A DNA stretch of 64,000 nt from Felis catus (Eukaryota), in the NCBI RefSeq assembly GCF_018350175.1, contig NC_058368.1, forward strand, positions 41,976,001-42,040,000, read 5' to 3'. How positions within the stretch are numbered: the first letter of the stretch is position 1; the number at the start of each line of letters is the position of its first letter. The notes under the pieces were generated by a model. That model was given only the letters and a program-made list of their open reading frames with translations, did no database searches and was not told the origin of the DNA. Position numbers and translations under genes: made by a program. Positions 51,550-64,000 of the stretch are shown here, in pieces.

Positions 51550-51920
51550 GGTCAAGTTCATTGTGTCTTTGCATAAAATAGCAAAAAGGTAGAAATGAGC
51601 GGCATGCCTAATAGGTATTTAATTAATAAATTATGTATCATACAATTGAAAATATCCCAATACTTAACATTATATTAATATTTACTGATACTGAAAATAT
51701 TTGCAATCTATTGTTAAGTGTGAAAAGGAAGTTAGTAAAGATTTTACTTGGTTGAATTACACTTTGTTAATATGTTTTTGTGTGTGCATATGCATAAGCT
51801 AAGATCTGACTATGCGTATACTAAGTATTTAAAGTGGTATTGTCTGGTCATGGAATACGGTATTTTAAAATTTCAATATTTTGGCCACACTAAAATTTGC
51901 ATGGATGATCTTGGTAATAT
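51550..51920 (+). mobile_element. Old L1ME-like 3' fragment
   Basis: gttcattgtgtctttgcataaaatagcaaaaa, aataaattatg and tattgttaagtgtgaaaagg, heavily diverged. Confidence 0.45.
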
Positions 51921-52722
51921 TACAACATATTCTAATATTTAAGTATTCTTCTTCATCATTTATAGCAATTAGGAAAAAAAGAAAAGGAAAAGTCTAGTAG
52001 ATAGTAGGTGGGCTTTCTCTTGAGCTAAGGAATGCTAAACAGTCTGATTATCCTTGCCCTGCTATTCTAACTTCTTTACTTTCTTTACCTAACATTCTAA
52101 ATCACTGCAATTAAAAATGCTTGCCTTCTCAAATCACAAAATAACAACAAGAAGTTGGCACACTAAGCCAATTATTACAAGACAAATAAACAATTTTACC
52201 AGTTAATAACTGACACTTAAAATAATTATTCTCTGTAAAATTACACACTAATATTGTTGGAAGTAGGGAAAAATGCACTTTAGAATTGTTTAAATATGGT
52301 TTCATTTGTGCAGAATTCCTTAAATATCTTTTAAGGAAATATTCCTAACTCTGATTTAGTTCTTTTAGCCACATTCAAGAAATACAAATGCATCATTCAT
52401 CTATCTAATCTCTAAATAGTATACATATACACACAACCTGCCAGAAATTACTTACGATGAAGTAAAAAACAAAAAATAGTATTAAAGTTCAATATGTGAA
52501 CTTGTATTTGTTTTACCTCAGCATTAAATCCAATGAACATATGCTTTTTATTGATTTGAAATAGTATTTTCCTATATGTCCCCTCTTAAGGTAGCAAAGG
52601 AAATCACCCCAAAGAGGATTAAAAGAAAATAAGAGACTAGAAACTGTAGTTTAATACAAATACTTCTAATAATATTAATTGGACACATTTTGACCTTCCT
52701 TATTCTTAAGAGAACATATTTT

Positions 52723-52922
52723 TTTAAAAAAAATTAATGTTTATTTATTTTTAAGAGAGACAGAGAAAGACAGAGAGAGAGAGCAGGGGAGGGTCAGAGA
52801 GAGAGGGAGACACAGAATCTGAGCTATCAGCACAGAGCCTGATGCAGGGCTCAAACTCATAAAGTGCGATCATGACTTGAACCAATGTCAGACACTTAAC
52901 CAACTAAGCATCCAGGAGCCCC
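52723..52922 (-). mobile_element. Can-SINE with an internal deletion
   Basis: TSD ttaagagaacatatttt (52706-52722 / 52923-52939). Confidence 0.94.
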
Positions 52923-52969
52923 TTAAGAGAACATATTTTAATTGAGATCTAAAAAAGAACAGTCATGAG

Positions 52970-53480
52970 TGTAGTCTTAGGTTGCAAGCTCTGAGAAAAG
53001 GAATATTTAAATGACTATATGGTCAGTGCTGGATGGCTGATTTGTACAAACACACCCTGAATGCCCTGTTAATCACTATCTTGAGAATGTACCGATCCAG
53101 TCCCCCCTTTATATTTCCATCAAGCAGAACGTGTAGAGAAACAATTCAACATTCAAGGTCAGGGGCCTGGGGTCACCAACCTGGAGTGTCTCCTTTGTAA
53201 CAAAGAATGTCTGGATGGCAGGTTTCAATCTCTTTGGAACACTGGCCATGCAAGGAAGGAGCAGCTACAGATAATTGTTAGGCTAGTTGCTACATTATAA
53301 AAGCTTGCTGCATGTAGATTTTAGCAGGGGATGCTTTGTACAGTCTCCTGCTCCTGGACTCCCTGTGTGTAAGTTCCCCCAATGAACCTACATCTTAATT
53401 GCAATCTTTGAGTCTTTTCCTCAGCTTTGCCAGACCATCACCCACCCTGGGCTTAGAGTCCACTAGGGTGCGGCTGCACA
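52970..53480 (+). mobile_element. Solo LTR, ERVL class (LTR40/LTR41-like)
   Basis: TG...CA termini with flanks atgag/atgac (5-bp TSD, 1 mismatch). TATAAAA at 53296-53302, and tgtaagttcccccaatgaacc (degenerate poly(A) signal at 53381). Confidence 0.72.
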
Positions 53481-54224
53481 ATGACAGAAGAGCACATTTT
53501 CAGCTGAAACTACTGATTCAATTCAACAGCAAATTCCTCAATAGCTTCTTGCCATCTAAAAATCAATGCACCTGCATCCTCTTAATAAAATCCAGAATTG
53601 AGCAAAACTCATGGTAAATTAGAAAGTAAGGTAAATGGGACCCAAAAAGCAATCTGTGGTTATAAATTTAATTTGCTACTACTCAATACTTGCAGGCTCA
53701 ACTAAGGAAAACCATTATTAATACACACATGTTTTTCTTCATTCATGTTTGAAACATGAGGTCCAAAGTGGTAGAACAAGAAAAGATTTCTGATATTAGT
53801 TAAATAAAATTTAAATTAAAAAAAAGATTTCTGGATTCATAGCTTATGAAAATTATTAGTAATTGTGAGTAAAGTGAGCCCATTATCAAAAACAAGGAAT
53901 AGTTTTGAAGGACAAAATCATAAGGAACTTTTTTGACTGGTGATAAGTGAAATGTTTGGAGTACAGAATTATTTTATAATGAGTCATTTTATTATTTGAA
54001 ACTGACAAATTGAGTCATTCTCCTCTCCTATTTATTGGGAATACATATGTTAAAATGGTTTGGCTAAGGTATACTTTATTTACTTATTTTAGCTGGAAAT
54101 TACTTAGGGATTTTCTATTTTAACGTTACATTTTTTTTTTTTCAGATGAGGAAATAAAGTGACTGTCTGTGTAAGTTACAATGAAAATCAGACCCTCATT
54201 TTCTGATTTCAACATGAAGCACTA

Positions 54225-54325
54225 CTCATTCATTCATCTAGCTATTTAATAAATATTGTTGAGCACATACTATATGCTAAACACCATTCTAGCTGCTAAG
54301 AATAAAATGGTGGACAATACAAAAA
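54225..54325 (-). mobile_element. L2 3' end fragment
   Basis: tcattcattcat...ttgagcacatactatatgctaaacaccattctagctgct. Confidence 0.7.
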
Positions 54326-55010
54326 CTATATAAAACTATATCCCACAACTTCTTAAAAAGTCAATTTCATTAAGCTAGTGTCTACCAGTTCTGAGGATGT
54401 GTTTGGCCAGCAGCTTTTAAAATGTCATTTCCTTCTAATTCTTGCAAACTCTGCAGACCTAGGCAAGGTCAGTGCACAAATGAGAGACCTTCACTAATTA
54501 ACAATAACCTAGAGAGAAAAAAGAAGGAAGGGGAGTGCATTATGAGTTTATGCCAAAACAATCCCTAGTCTGTTACCATCCTTGGATTGGAATTCATTGC
54601 CAATTTGTGAAAGCAAAAAATAAAAGGACTAAAAGAGTAATAAGACTGTTAGAGCACACTATTCTTGACTCAAATGTAGAATCATTTTAACTTTGCACAT
54701 CCTTGAACATTTTTTTTTCATCTCCAGGTAGATACAGAAATGTTAACAACCTCAAATAAGAATTGATGAAATCAAATCCATCAAGTTTTTCTGAGGAACA
54801 TATACACTTCACATTTTATGAGCTTATAATGAATATTTACTAGATGAAAATGATTTACCCAGAATTGAACCAGGAAATCCAAAGAGGATGTAGTAGCAAT
54901 GAAGCATTATTGTCCATCTTCCAAAAGTGATTTCCCATGAGAAAAGTTCTCTGTCTTTCCAGCAAGAAATTTACAGTAAGTTCTGCCTTATTTTAAAAGT
55001 AACAAAATGA

Positions 55011-55149
55011 GGGGCGCTTAGTCAGTTTAAACATCCAACTCTTGATTTTGGCTCAGGTCATGACCTTGCAGTTCATGAGTTCGAGCCCTGCATTCGGCTC
55101 TGCAGGGACAGTGCAGAGCCTGCTTGGGTTCTCTCTCTCCCTCTCTCCC

Positions 55150-55202
<53 letters not shown>

Positions 55203-55230
55203 ATAAATAAATATAAACTTAAAAAAAACA
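55011..55230 (+). mobile_element. Can-SINE with expanded (CT)n
   Basis: TSD aaaagtaacaaaatga (54995-55010 / 55246-55261). Confidence 0.94.
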
Positions 55231-58080
55231 CAACCCTTTATTTAAAAAAGTAACAAAATGAAACATGATAACTAAAGTAACCTTCAGTCTTTCCTTTTTC
55301 CTCTTTCATTGTTTACATCTTAGAATATTTGGAGACAAATGGGAAGGTTCAGTTTATGTTTGAGAAAGCTGTGTAACAACTTCACTGACCATAGGTGATG
55401 GATGTAAAGGTGCCAGCAACTTTAAAATGATTTTTTGTTTTGATTCTTAGTGCTGTCTGTGTTATACAAAAAAGGACTAGGGTGTGGAAGATAACTGGCC
55501 ACATAAAGCTGAGTAGCATTTTCCACGGATTTGAAGAATGTTCATCCATACCCATTGGCTATCTGCAGCTAAGGACTGCTGCATTTTAGGATAGATCTGT
55601 CAACTTATTTTTGAACTTCACTACTCAACTGTATGTTTAGTTTGGGGAACTTGTGTCAACATGTGTGGGAAACACACATTAACTTAAACTTAGCCTGCTG
55701 ACTTAGTTTGTAGGCTTACTGTGAAACGGCCCTCAAAGTAAGGACCTATGTATTCTTGTGCTTTGTACATGAAGTGCATTGTATACCTCTTAGCACCTAT
55801 GGCTGAAAGACTCATGTTAATAACGTGTGGCGAAATTTTTAATATAATTTTGTTTTTATTTCCTTTTGATCTCAGTATGATTTGTGAGAAAGTTAGGTCG
55901 CATTTCTCTTCATGTGCAAAAACAATTGATAGCTTTAAGAATAAAAGTAAATTCTTTGTACTCTTTTGGGGAGTAACCTTGGTGCTTGAATTTAAATATT
56001 AGAAAAAACAAACAAACACAAAGCAGGAGTCTCCTCCCTGCCTCAAAAGGGTTTGAATCAACTTTCCCCTTTGGATTGGTGACATGACCCCACCCTTAAG
56101 TTTCCTCTGGGGTCTCAGGCAAGCAGAGAGGATTCAGCATTGTGAATGTTGTTGGTTAGTTTGCTTCTTATATTCTTATTTAGTTCCTGCTATCAGAAAC
56201 AACCTCAACCTATTTCTCACAGTTAAATGTTGCCCAGTAGGAATGCAGCACTTTATCTGAGCATACAAAATATAAAATGACTACATTAAACAGGAGGAGC
56301 TGCTCCTGAATCTGCAAGCAGAATTTCTGCATCTATAAATTATACGTACAGAAATAGGGAAGAAACGACTCAGCAAGAGTCCTTTCCAATTTAGTCTTCT
56401 AGTACAAACAAATCCATGTGACAAAGTAAGTTACCCTCATCATATTTACAAAATCAGCATACATAATAGTTATAGCAATTTAATTAGAAATTACACAAAG
56501 TCATCACTGTTATTAAGTAAAAATATAAAACCCATTGACATAGTGTTGGTCTTTTACAAAACGTGAGTCTTCCTTTGAATAACAAGAAATCACTAAAAAA
56601 TAATGTGTCAAATATATAAGTACTGATATCAGAAATAGAGTTTGGCTCAGTGTCTGGAATTCAAGAATTCATCTCAGGTCATTTTAGCAGAATTGACAAG
56701 AGAGATAATGGGCATCTCTCTAGCATATCTCTTAATAACTCTCAACACAAAACAGGACTTGTAAAACCAAAGTAGGCCCTATTTTCTTTAAGTCAGTAGT
56801 ATCTTTTAGGAGGTAGCCCCAATTTTATAATTAACCTCAGACCATGGGCATTTAACTCAGAAGGGTTTAAGCATGCACCCACACCCATACACTTGTCCCC
56901 CCCACACAAACACATACAAACACGTACATACACACTTTAAACTTCCCTTATATATTGCTGAACAGGCACAAAATCATAATTACCTAGGAGGAATAAAAAC
57001 TAGTAATTTATGGCTTTAGAGGACAGATCATGTTATTCTATGTTAGAGAATGAAACACAAATAGAGGGGTGGAAGAAATTACCTTTATATCACAGTTTGA
57101 TTTTGTTTATTTAACTTTTTGGTCCTATTTTTGAAGTATAAGGAGGAATGTTAAAACTCTTTAGAAGCAGTGAAGGAGTAAAAAGTTATTTGAAGTAGTC
57201 CTAACACATGTAATGGATATCTATCATTGGCAGCCCCTGGCTTATAATTAATTCTCAGCCATCAATCATATCTCCCTCAGCAAAAAAAAAGAAAGGGAAA
57301 TGGCAATGGGAATAATACTCCAAGAAGAGCGTCCTCTTTATTGTCTATGATTTACATGATTCAAATATGGAGATGGTCTTATAATAATCAGTATAGGAGC
57401 CACCCCAACAGTCAGTCATGACAAAGAAAATGATCCCCATAGAAAAGTTAATGGCAGGGGGCTGAGTTGCATGGAGAAGATGGATAGTGGGACACAGTCC
57501 ACAAAACTTAGGTAAATATCCAAGTTACACTAATATGAAAATGTGTATAGGGGCACAGAACATGACGATGATGCTATTAACCAACTACTGAATTTGCTCT
57601 TCTAGGCTTTCCTATAAACATGACATGACTTTTCTAAAATGAGAAAAGTTTCTCCAGAGTGGGGAAGGCAAAAGCAGTGCAGATAAGGAAGAGGTTGTCT
57701 TTGGCAATATAGATCACACACACACACAAACAAGCATCCTTGGATTTTCGACTGAAATCTTGGAATCATTGGTAAATCATCTAACAGGTGACATACTGAT
57801 AGATATATCAACCTCTGATGAATTAACTGCATTAACTATCAAATTTTTAAAAATTGCTAAGAACCTCATTTATTCTTTGTAATTGTATTCTGAAAAACAC
57901 TCCATTGTGAAAGACAAGCATTTTTTAACTTTGCCTTTTTTTAGTTCTCTCAAAGGAAGCCAATGAAAATACTGCTTACTGTTGAAAATTTTGATTCGGA
58001 ATGTGTGATATCCAAGTCATATCTTTTTCAGAGTAAGTTAGGAAGAAAATGAGGGTACTTTTAAGCATAGAGATACAACA

Positions 58081-58305
58081 GGGGCACCAGGGTGGTTCAG
58101 TCAGTTAAGCATCCAACTCTTGATTTTGGCTCAGGTCATGATCTCATGGTTTGTGAGTTCTAGCCCCCCATCTGGCTCTGAGATGACAGTGTAGAGCCTG
58201 CTTGGGATTCTCTCTCACTCTCTGTCCCTCCCCTGCCTGTACATTCTCTTTCTCTCCTTCTCTCTCCCCTCCACCCCCTCAAAATAAATAAATAAACTTA
58301 AAAAA
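58081..58305 (+). mobile_element. Can-SINE
   Basis: ggggcaccagggtggttcagtcagttaagc head, CT-rich tract and aataa tail. Confidence 0.94.
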
Positions 58306-60429
58306 TATAGATAAAACATAGATATAGATTTCTGTGTGTATATTTATACATGCATATATGTTACAAAAGTTATGCACAAACGCCACTACAGACAGATGTC
58401 TTAGAACATACACTTTTCCTATTCTTAGACAAGGAAATTGTTAATTATACCTGAGATCTGTACTTTATTAATTTTAAAAATGAAATCCAAACTTTGTTAA
58501 TTGAATCTAATTTGTTAACTGAATCCATCCAGACAAATTCTGATACCATAAATTCCATTCTAGAAAGTCTCTTTGTGATTATATTTAGTGCCATATAATA
58601 TATAGTCTTGCCTGGTGACAAAAATTACTTGTTTAGCAATGATATTTCATTTAGGGTAGAAGTCATCATAGAAGATTGTGATTATTAGATGAGGAAAAAC
58701 ATTTTTTAATAAACAAAAAATGTATAAAGCATCTATTTAATTATTGAAAAGAAGAGGTACTTAATCATCTAAATACTGCAATGATACCACAATAATGTAA
58801 ATATTTGGAGTTTGTGGTTTTGAGTTGTTATGAGAGCATGACATTATATTGTACAGTCTCAAGGTGCCAGCTCTGAATTTTGTGATCTGATTTTACTCTC
58901 TGAAACAACTAAAAGCCATCTGTATTGGTGAACAATAGCATTTTAAGAAGGAGTGATTGCAAAATGATATGGCATATTTTCTTCAACGGCTTCAAAACTC
59001 TTCGAGGACCATCATGAAAGAGGAGTGTCAAAATATTTTGAGAAATTACAATTTTAAGTGTAGGCACAAAATAGGGCAAATTTGAAGGACAGTACTCATC
59101 TAAGTGCATAATTTCTGTTCCCTGAGATAAAGATCAGTCTTAACTTTATTCTCAGCTAATGTACAGGAATGTTCTCTTTGGATCATAAATTTATAAAGTA
59201 TAGTGAAGGAGGTATGGTATGAAAGAATGAGATGAATGTGATGGCATTCATAGGGGTTTTGAATTACAGAATAAGTCTTCAAAACGAGTTTGTTACCTAT
59301 GTACAGAGCAGTAACATTTAGATACGGAAATCATGTCAAAATATTTTTGAGAGAATTAATAAGCATTATTCTGTAGCGTGTAAAACAGTGATGTCCTGAT
59401 AAGCTGGAGGAAAATGTTTTAAGCTTCTATTGCTTTGAAAAATGTCTACCTCCTCTACTCTGCAAGAATCAGAGCCTTATAATGATCTTAAGAAAACAGA
59501 GAAACTAACCCAGTTGGAATAAACATAAGTAAGACTTTGTATCACTTTTCTCCTGGGTAGAGAGGTCTTTGTTCTGAAGTCAAATTGGCTGGACTGTATT
59601 TAAAAAACATATCCATTTATTATTGCAGACAGTCACTGTCATTTTGAGCCTGATATCTGAAACAAAAATCACTCCTACATCTCAGTGATAATCGCACTTG
59701 CCCTGTGGCTCTTAGTCTTTCTTTTGAAAACATTACCGAGTCACCAATCTCAGTTATTTGTGCACTGGGGATAATTTGTTTTCCCTGAATACAAATATAA
59801 AATTCAAACATATGTCAAGAACTTCTGTATGTCAAAAGCTTCTGTAGATTTAGGTAGCATCTATAAAATAATGTGCTGTACTCAGAAAAAGGTGGTTACT
59901 TTTGAAGAGACAAAACTCTCAAATATGTTCCAAATGTGAATACACCAATCCAGAAGGTAAAGATCCAAAAACCTGAACATTATTTTTTTGAAGAGAAGAA
60001 AGTAAACACCTGTAAGTCCACTTGACCCTAAGATCCAACACGTGTGTACAGAAATGCCTTCTAAGTTTTTTCTGGGGCAGAGAGGAAAAGACAGTTTGGG
60101 AATGAAACTTTACAAAATTTTCCCATCGGGGTAACTTACTATATAGTACAATTTAGCCTGTGCACTAAAAATTTAAGAACAGTGAGGCAGCCTGAAATTT
60201 GAAAAGAAAAATATTAAATCTCCTAAAGCTTATACTTAGGACTTTGAAATTTAGGAATATATTAGCCTATTTACAAAATGTTATAAATGATAAATAAATT
60301 GCTAGTCTAGAATATTGTTTTCAAAGGAATATTGTAGTCAGCAATTATTTATATGTGTGTTTAAATGGGGGTAGTACAATCAAATATTTGAAAGAAAATT
60401 TTCTTTTCTAGGATATATTTAAAAAGATT

Positions 60430-60650
60430 AGAATACAAAGAGGCAACACATAAATTATGGACTTTAGTTAATAATAACACATTAATATTGTCCATCAGCT
60501 GGAACAGGTGTACCACATTAATGCAGGATGTTAATAGAAGAAACTGTTCAGGAAGAAAGTATATGTGGGAAGTCTGTATTCTTTGTGTACAGTATTTTGA
60601 TAAACCTAAACCTGCCCTAAAAATGGTCAATTTAAGGGAAAAAAAAGAAT
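60430..60650 (+). mobile_element. L1MC1-like 3' UTR end
   Basis: aattatggactttagttaataata, tgtaccacattaatgcaggatgttaatag, taaacctaaacctgccctaaaaa and an A-tail. Confidence 0.75.
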
Positions 60651-60763
60651 TAGACAGGGAGAGGGGTAGGCAAGGACTTACATAGTGAAAGTTAAGGAGA
60701 TGTCAGGTCATTTTCAAGGAATTTAAATAATATCACTATTCTATATTATGTTGAATATTAATT

Positions 60764-60796
60764 TGTGTGTGTGTGTGTGTGGGTGGGTGGGTGGGT
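60764..60796 (+). repeat. (GT)n followed by (GGGT)4
   Basis: Seen directly. Confidence 0.9.
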
Positions 60797-61903
60797 GCAC
60801 GCACATGTGTGTGTTGGAGATCCAAATACTCATGTATCATTATATTTAGCCCTGTTCGGTGTTTTTAAGTCATAAGAGAGGATTATAACTCACATAATTA
60901 TATGCATTTAAAAAATATTTCTATACGCACATAAGTTTTATTGTTGTCTAAAACTATCCTTTGTTCCTTTAAAAATATTTGAAATAGTATACACTTTTAA
61001 AGGTACTCCATTAAAAAGACATTTTAATTCATATTTTACAATGATATAAACCAATCTTGACACTTCTAAGAACGTATTTCAGAGCTAACTTCATGAAGAT
61101 GAAATGAAATGTTCCTCATATCAGAAAATAATTCTGATCTAGTCCATGTCCCTGCGTGACAGATGAAAGAAGATAGATGATGGTATTTGGGGAATTAAGG
61201 AATTACCTATCCTGGAATAGATCATAGAGCTTAGAGTCTATAGAAGGAATTTTATCTTAGGTTTCACAGACTGACAAAATACATACAGAATGCAACTCAG
61301 AGATCCTGTTTGATCACTAACTTTTCATAGATATGAAAATCTAGCAGATTTTTATCAGACCTGCAGTTTGGGTGATAACTGATTAAACATGGCAGCTAAC
61401 CAATTTTAGCTCCTGGGAAACTCAGTTGGAAAAAAGTTCTTTCAGTGCAAGGGCATGATCACTTGACTTACCATACACATGTAATCTCTCCTAAGGTCTG
61501 TAGGTAACATTATTAGACCAAAAAGTACAATTATCACGTTTCTGGTGAAAGAAGGAATTAAAAATTCACAACTTGAGATTTAAAGTTATTTTAGCAACAT
61601 GTGTTAAATGTATTCTAAATATATAATGGTACTCTGATATAGCTTCCATTGTTTCTCTCAGGATTTATTTAGATGACTGAAATAAATTTTTAGCTTATTA
61701 TCTGAAATTATGGTCAAAATTATACATGAGGAAATTATGGCCAATCAGAACTACAGTGGAAATTCCTGAAAGGGAGGAACCATATCTTCTTTGATTTGAC
61801 ATATCTAGTGCCTCGTATAGCCTTTAACACCTGAAAGGCACTCAAAATATGTATTGAATGAAAATATATAATAGTCTACATAATCACGAAGATTTCTTTT
61901 CTT

Positions 61904-62118
61904 AAAATTTTTTTTTCAACGTTTATTTATTTTTGGGACAGAGAGAGACAGAGCATGAACGGGGGAGGGGCAGAGAGAGAGGGAGACACAGAATCGGAAA
62001 CAGGCTCCAGGCTCTGAGCCATCAGCCCAGAGCCCGACGCGGGGCTCGAACTCCCGGACTGCGAGATAGCGACCTGGCTGAAGTCGGACGCTTAACCGAC
62101 TGCGCCACCCAGGCGCCC
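61904..62118 (-). mobile_element. Young felid SINE (SINEC_Fc-type)
   Basis: CpG-rich near-consensus body with perfect 16-bp TSD gaagatttcttttctt (61888-61903 / 62121-62136). Confidence 0.97.
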
Positions 62119-62576
62119 AGGAAGATTTCTTTTCTTTAACAACAATCTCAAGACAAAATAACTGTCTTGACTGGGTTTTCCTTTAAATATGAACAAAAGT
62201 ACTTATCTGTTGAAAAAATACTAAAAATTTATGAGTTGACAGATGGAAAGAAAGAGAAGGAGATAAGCTCTGCATTTCTTTTAATAACTAAAAAAGCATA
62301 TATGAATGTGAGTGAAATGGACTCTATATAAGTGCTCATTGCCTCAATGGATTTTTCCACCATTTTAATTCTGAAAGCCATCCAAAAAGTTGTATTCCTT
62401 CCTACAATGTCTTCTTCTCTGGTAACTACAAGGGACTCTGCCATGGATGACCCCTTGGGTCATGAGAGAAAATACAGAATCACAGCCTGAATTGCAACAA
62501 TAAAACCATTGGGTCAAAACCGATGACCCAATGAGTAACCCCCTGACAAATGATGCTCAGTTTCTTGATCATATGT

Positions 62577-62577
<1 letters not shown>

Positions 62578-62607
<30 letters not shown>

Positions 62608-62616
62608 AAGAAGAAG
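62578..62616. repeat. (AAG)13 trinucleotide microsatellite
   Basis: Seen directly. Confidence 0.95.
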
Positions 62617-62670
62617 AAAAGGTGGTACAAAACAGCTGTACAGAGTAAGTAATAGAAAAGAGGCCTTCAA

Positions 62671-62788
62671 GGGACATCTGGGTGGCTCAGTCAGTTAAGC
62701 ATCTGACTTTGGCTCAGGTCATGATCTTGTGGTTCATGAGTTCGAGCCCTACATCAGGCTCTGCACTAATAGATAGAGCCTGCTTGGG

Positions 62789-62875
<87 letters not shown>

Positions 62876-62925
62876 GTCCCGCTAGCTCTCCCTCTCTCTC
62901 TCAAAATGAATAAACTTTATAAAAA
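62671..62925 (+). mobile_element. Can-SINE with a long (CT)n
   Basis: TSD aaaagaggccttcaag (62656-62671 / 62926-62941), (CT)n at about 62798-62870. Confidence 0.95.
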
Positions 62926-64000
62926 AAAAGAGGCCTTCAAGCATCTCCTTATTCTCACAAACAGAAAACATTTAAAATATTAGGTCTGTTTAATAAAATT
63001 CTAAATCTTAAAGAATACATTCAATGCTGAGAAATTTGTAATAAGACAACGTTGGCTAGAATTTTTTTCATGCAATCTTCTTAATGTGTATTCTCTTTAT
63101 GTAGTCAATCCATTAAAAATATTCAGTTTGTGTTTTAAAAATTCCAATGCAAGAAAATATAAGCCACTCTGACCATATAATGATTTATGAAGGAAATACG
63201 TATTTATGATAAACATAATTAAATAATGCTCAGAAACAATATAAAATCCTTACAAAAAACACTAAAATTTATTTATTACACAAATCTTTTACTTAGGTAA
63301 ATAATTTGTTGCAATGGCAATTGGTAGATACATTTTGATGCAGAAAGACTAATGACCTTCGCTGGAGTCAACAAATATCCTAGAATATATTTACTCCCAA
63401 TAGAGTTTAATTTCATATTACGATGATTAATCAGAGTGAATGACTTTATTTTCTGCTGCTTTAACTACAAGAAATGATCTCTTCTGTTTTTATCCTATTA
63501 TAAGGATCGTTACAAAAATGGGAAACAATTAACACCGGGTTTAATGCCTGAGTGCTATAGAGCTGAAGTAATTGCACTCAAGGTCTGCTAACTTTTTAAT
63601 CAGGCATTTGGTTGCAAGCTGCTCGCAATTGATTCTGAGAGAACTAACACTATCTAAGGAGGAAAGCAGGTGTGCCAGAAAAGCAGGCATGTTGGCAAAA
63701 CAAATGAAAGATTTTAAAAGGAAAAGGAAAAAAATGCAAAACCAAAGAAAAATGCTTGTCAGCAGGCCATTTACTTGGCTCAGACTGTTACTGAATAAAG
63801 CCAGTTGTGCACACAGGCATGTTGGTGGAAGCCCCATTGGCCTACTGCTATCAAAGTGTAATACTAACGCTTAGCAATGAGGAGCCCTGTCCATCCCAAT
63901 ATTAGTGAATTCAGTTAATTAACAGAGAAGGCTTGAAATTTCCATATTCAGTAGAGTTGAGACACCATCAGAGGTTTCTGGAATTACATTCTAATTAGAA

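Larger units (their letters stand above)
1..64000 (-). other. PCDH9: Intronic portion of the PCDH9 transcription unit (introns flanking the penultimate coding exon)
   Basis: Inferred from the single internal PCDH9 exon at 47027-47228. No other PCDH9 exon is recognisable in the window, consistent with this gene's very large introns. Confidence 0.9.

Noticed and set aside
51392..54017. Paired AP-1 motifs (51392/51481 and 53980/54011)
   Set aside because: A 7-mer of this composition is expected about ten times in 64 kb, and there is no independent support.
13232..62885. Recurring similar ORFs (MAQSV..., MGQRETEHERGRGRE...) that look like a gene family
   Set aside because: All coincide with Can-SINE copies and are translations of the SINE consensus.
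1..64000. A novel multi-gene system, CRISPR array or tRNA/rRNA gene
   Set aside because: The DNA is mammalian intron. There is no regularly spaced repeat-spacer array, no long ORF and no tRNA cloverleaf. The tRNA-like A/B boxes belong to SINEs.

Overview
This is AT-rich mammalian DNA from a cat-family (Felidae) genome, judged by about 20 carnivore Can-SINEs including two young SINEC_Fc-type copies. The window lies inside the protocadherin-9 (PCDH9) gene on the minus strand. It holds one real coding exon, 47228->47027 (202 nt, AG/GT flanked), which the ORF track misses. The exon encodes [27 protein letters not shown]...DGNSDPNS, with the delta1-protocadherin CM3 (RRVTF, PP1-binding) and CM1 (DSGLG) motifs. 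The rest is intron: Can-SINEs (many with target-site duplications), L1, L2, MIR, MaLR/ERVL LTRs, a Tigger2a MITE, two MER53 palindromes and microsatellites. No ORF-track entry is a credible gene. I find no support for a new multi-gene system, CRISPR array or RNA gene. The most notable signals are an ancient LF-SINE-like relic about 1.3 kb upstream of the exon, a ~200 bp local duplication bracketing it, a candidate 47-nt cryptic exon at 11196->11150, and a candidate intronic poly(A) site just after the exon. The last two would each truncate the PCDH9 tail before CM2. Repeat family names come from recalled consensus sequences, not from a database search.
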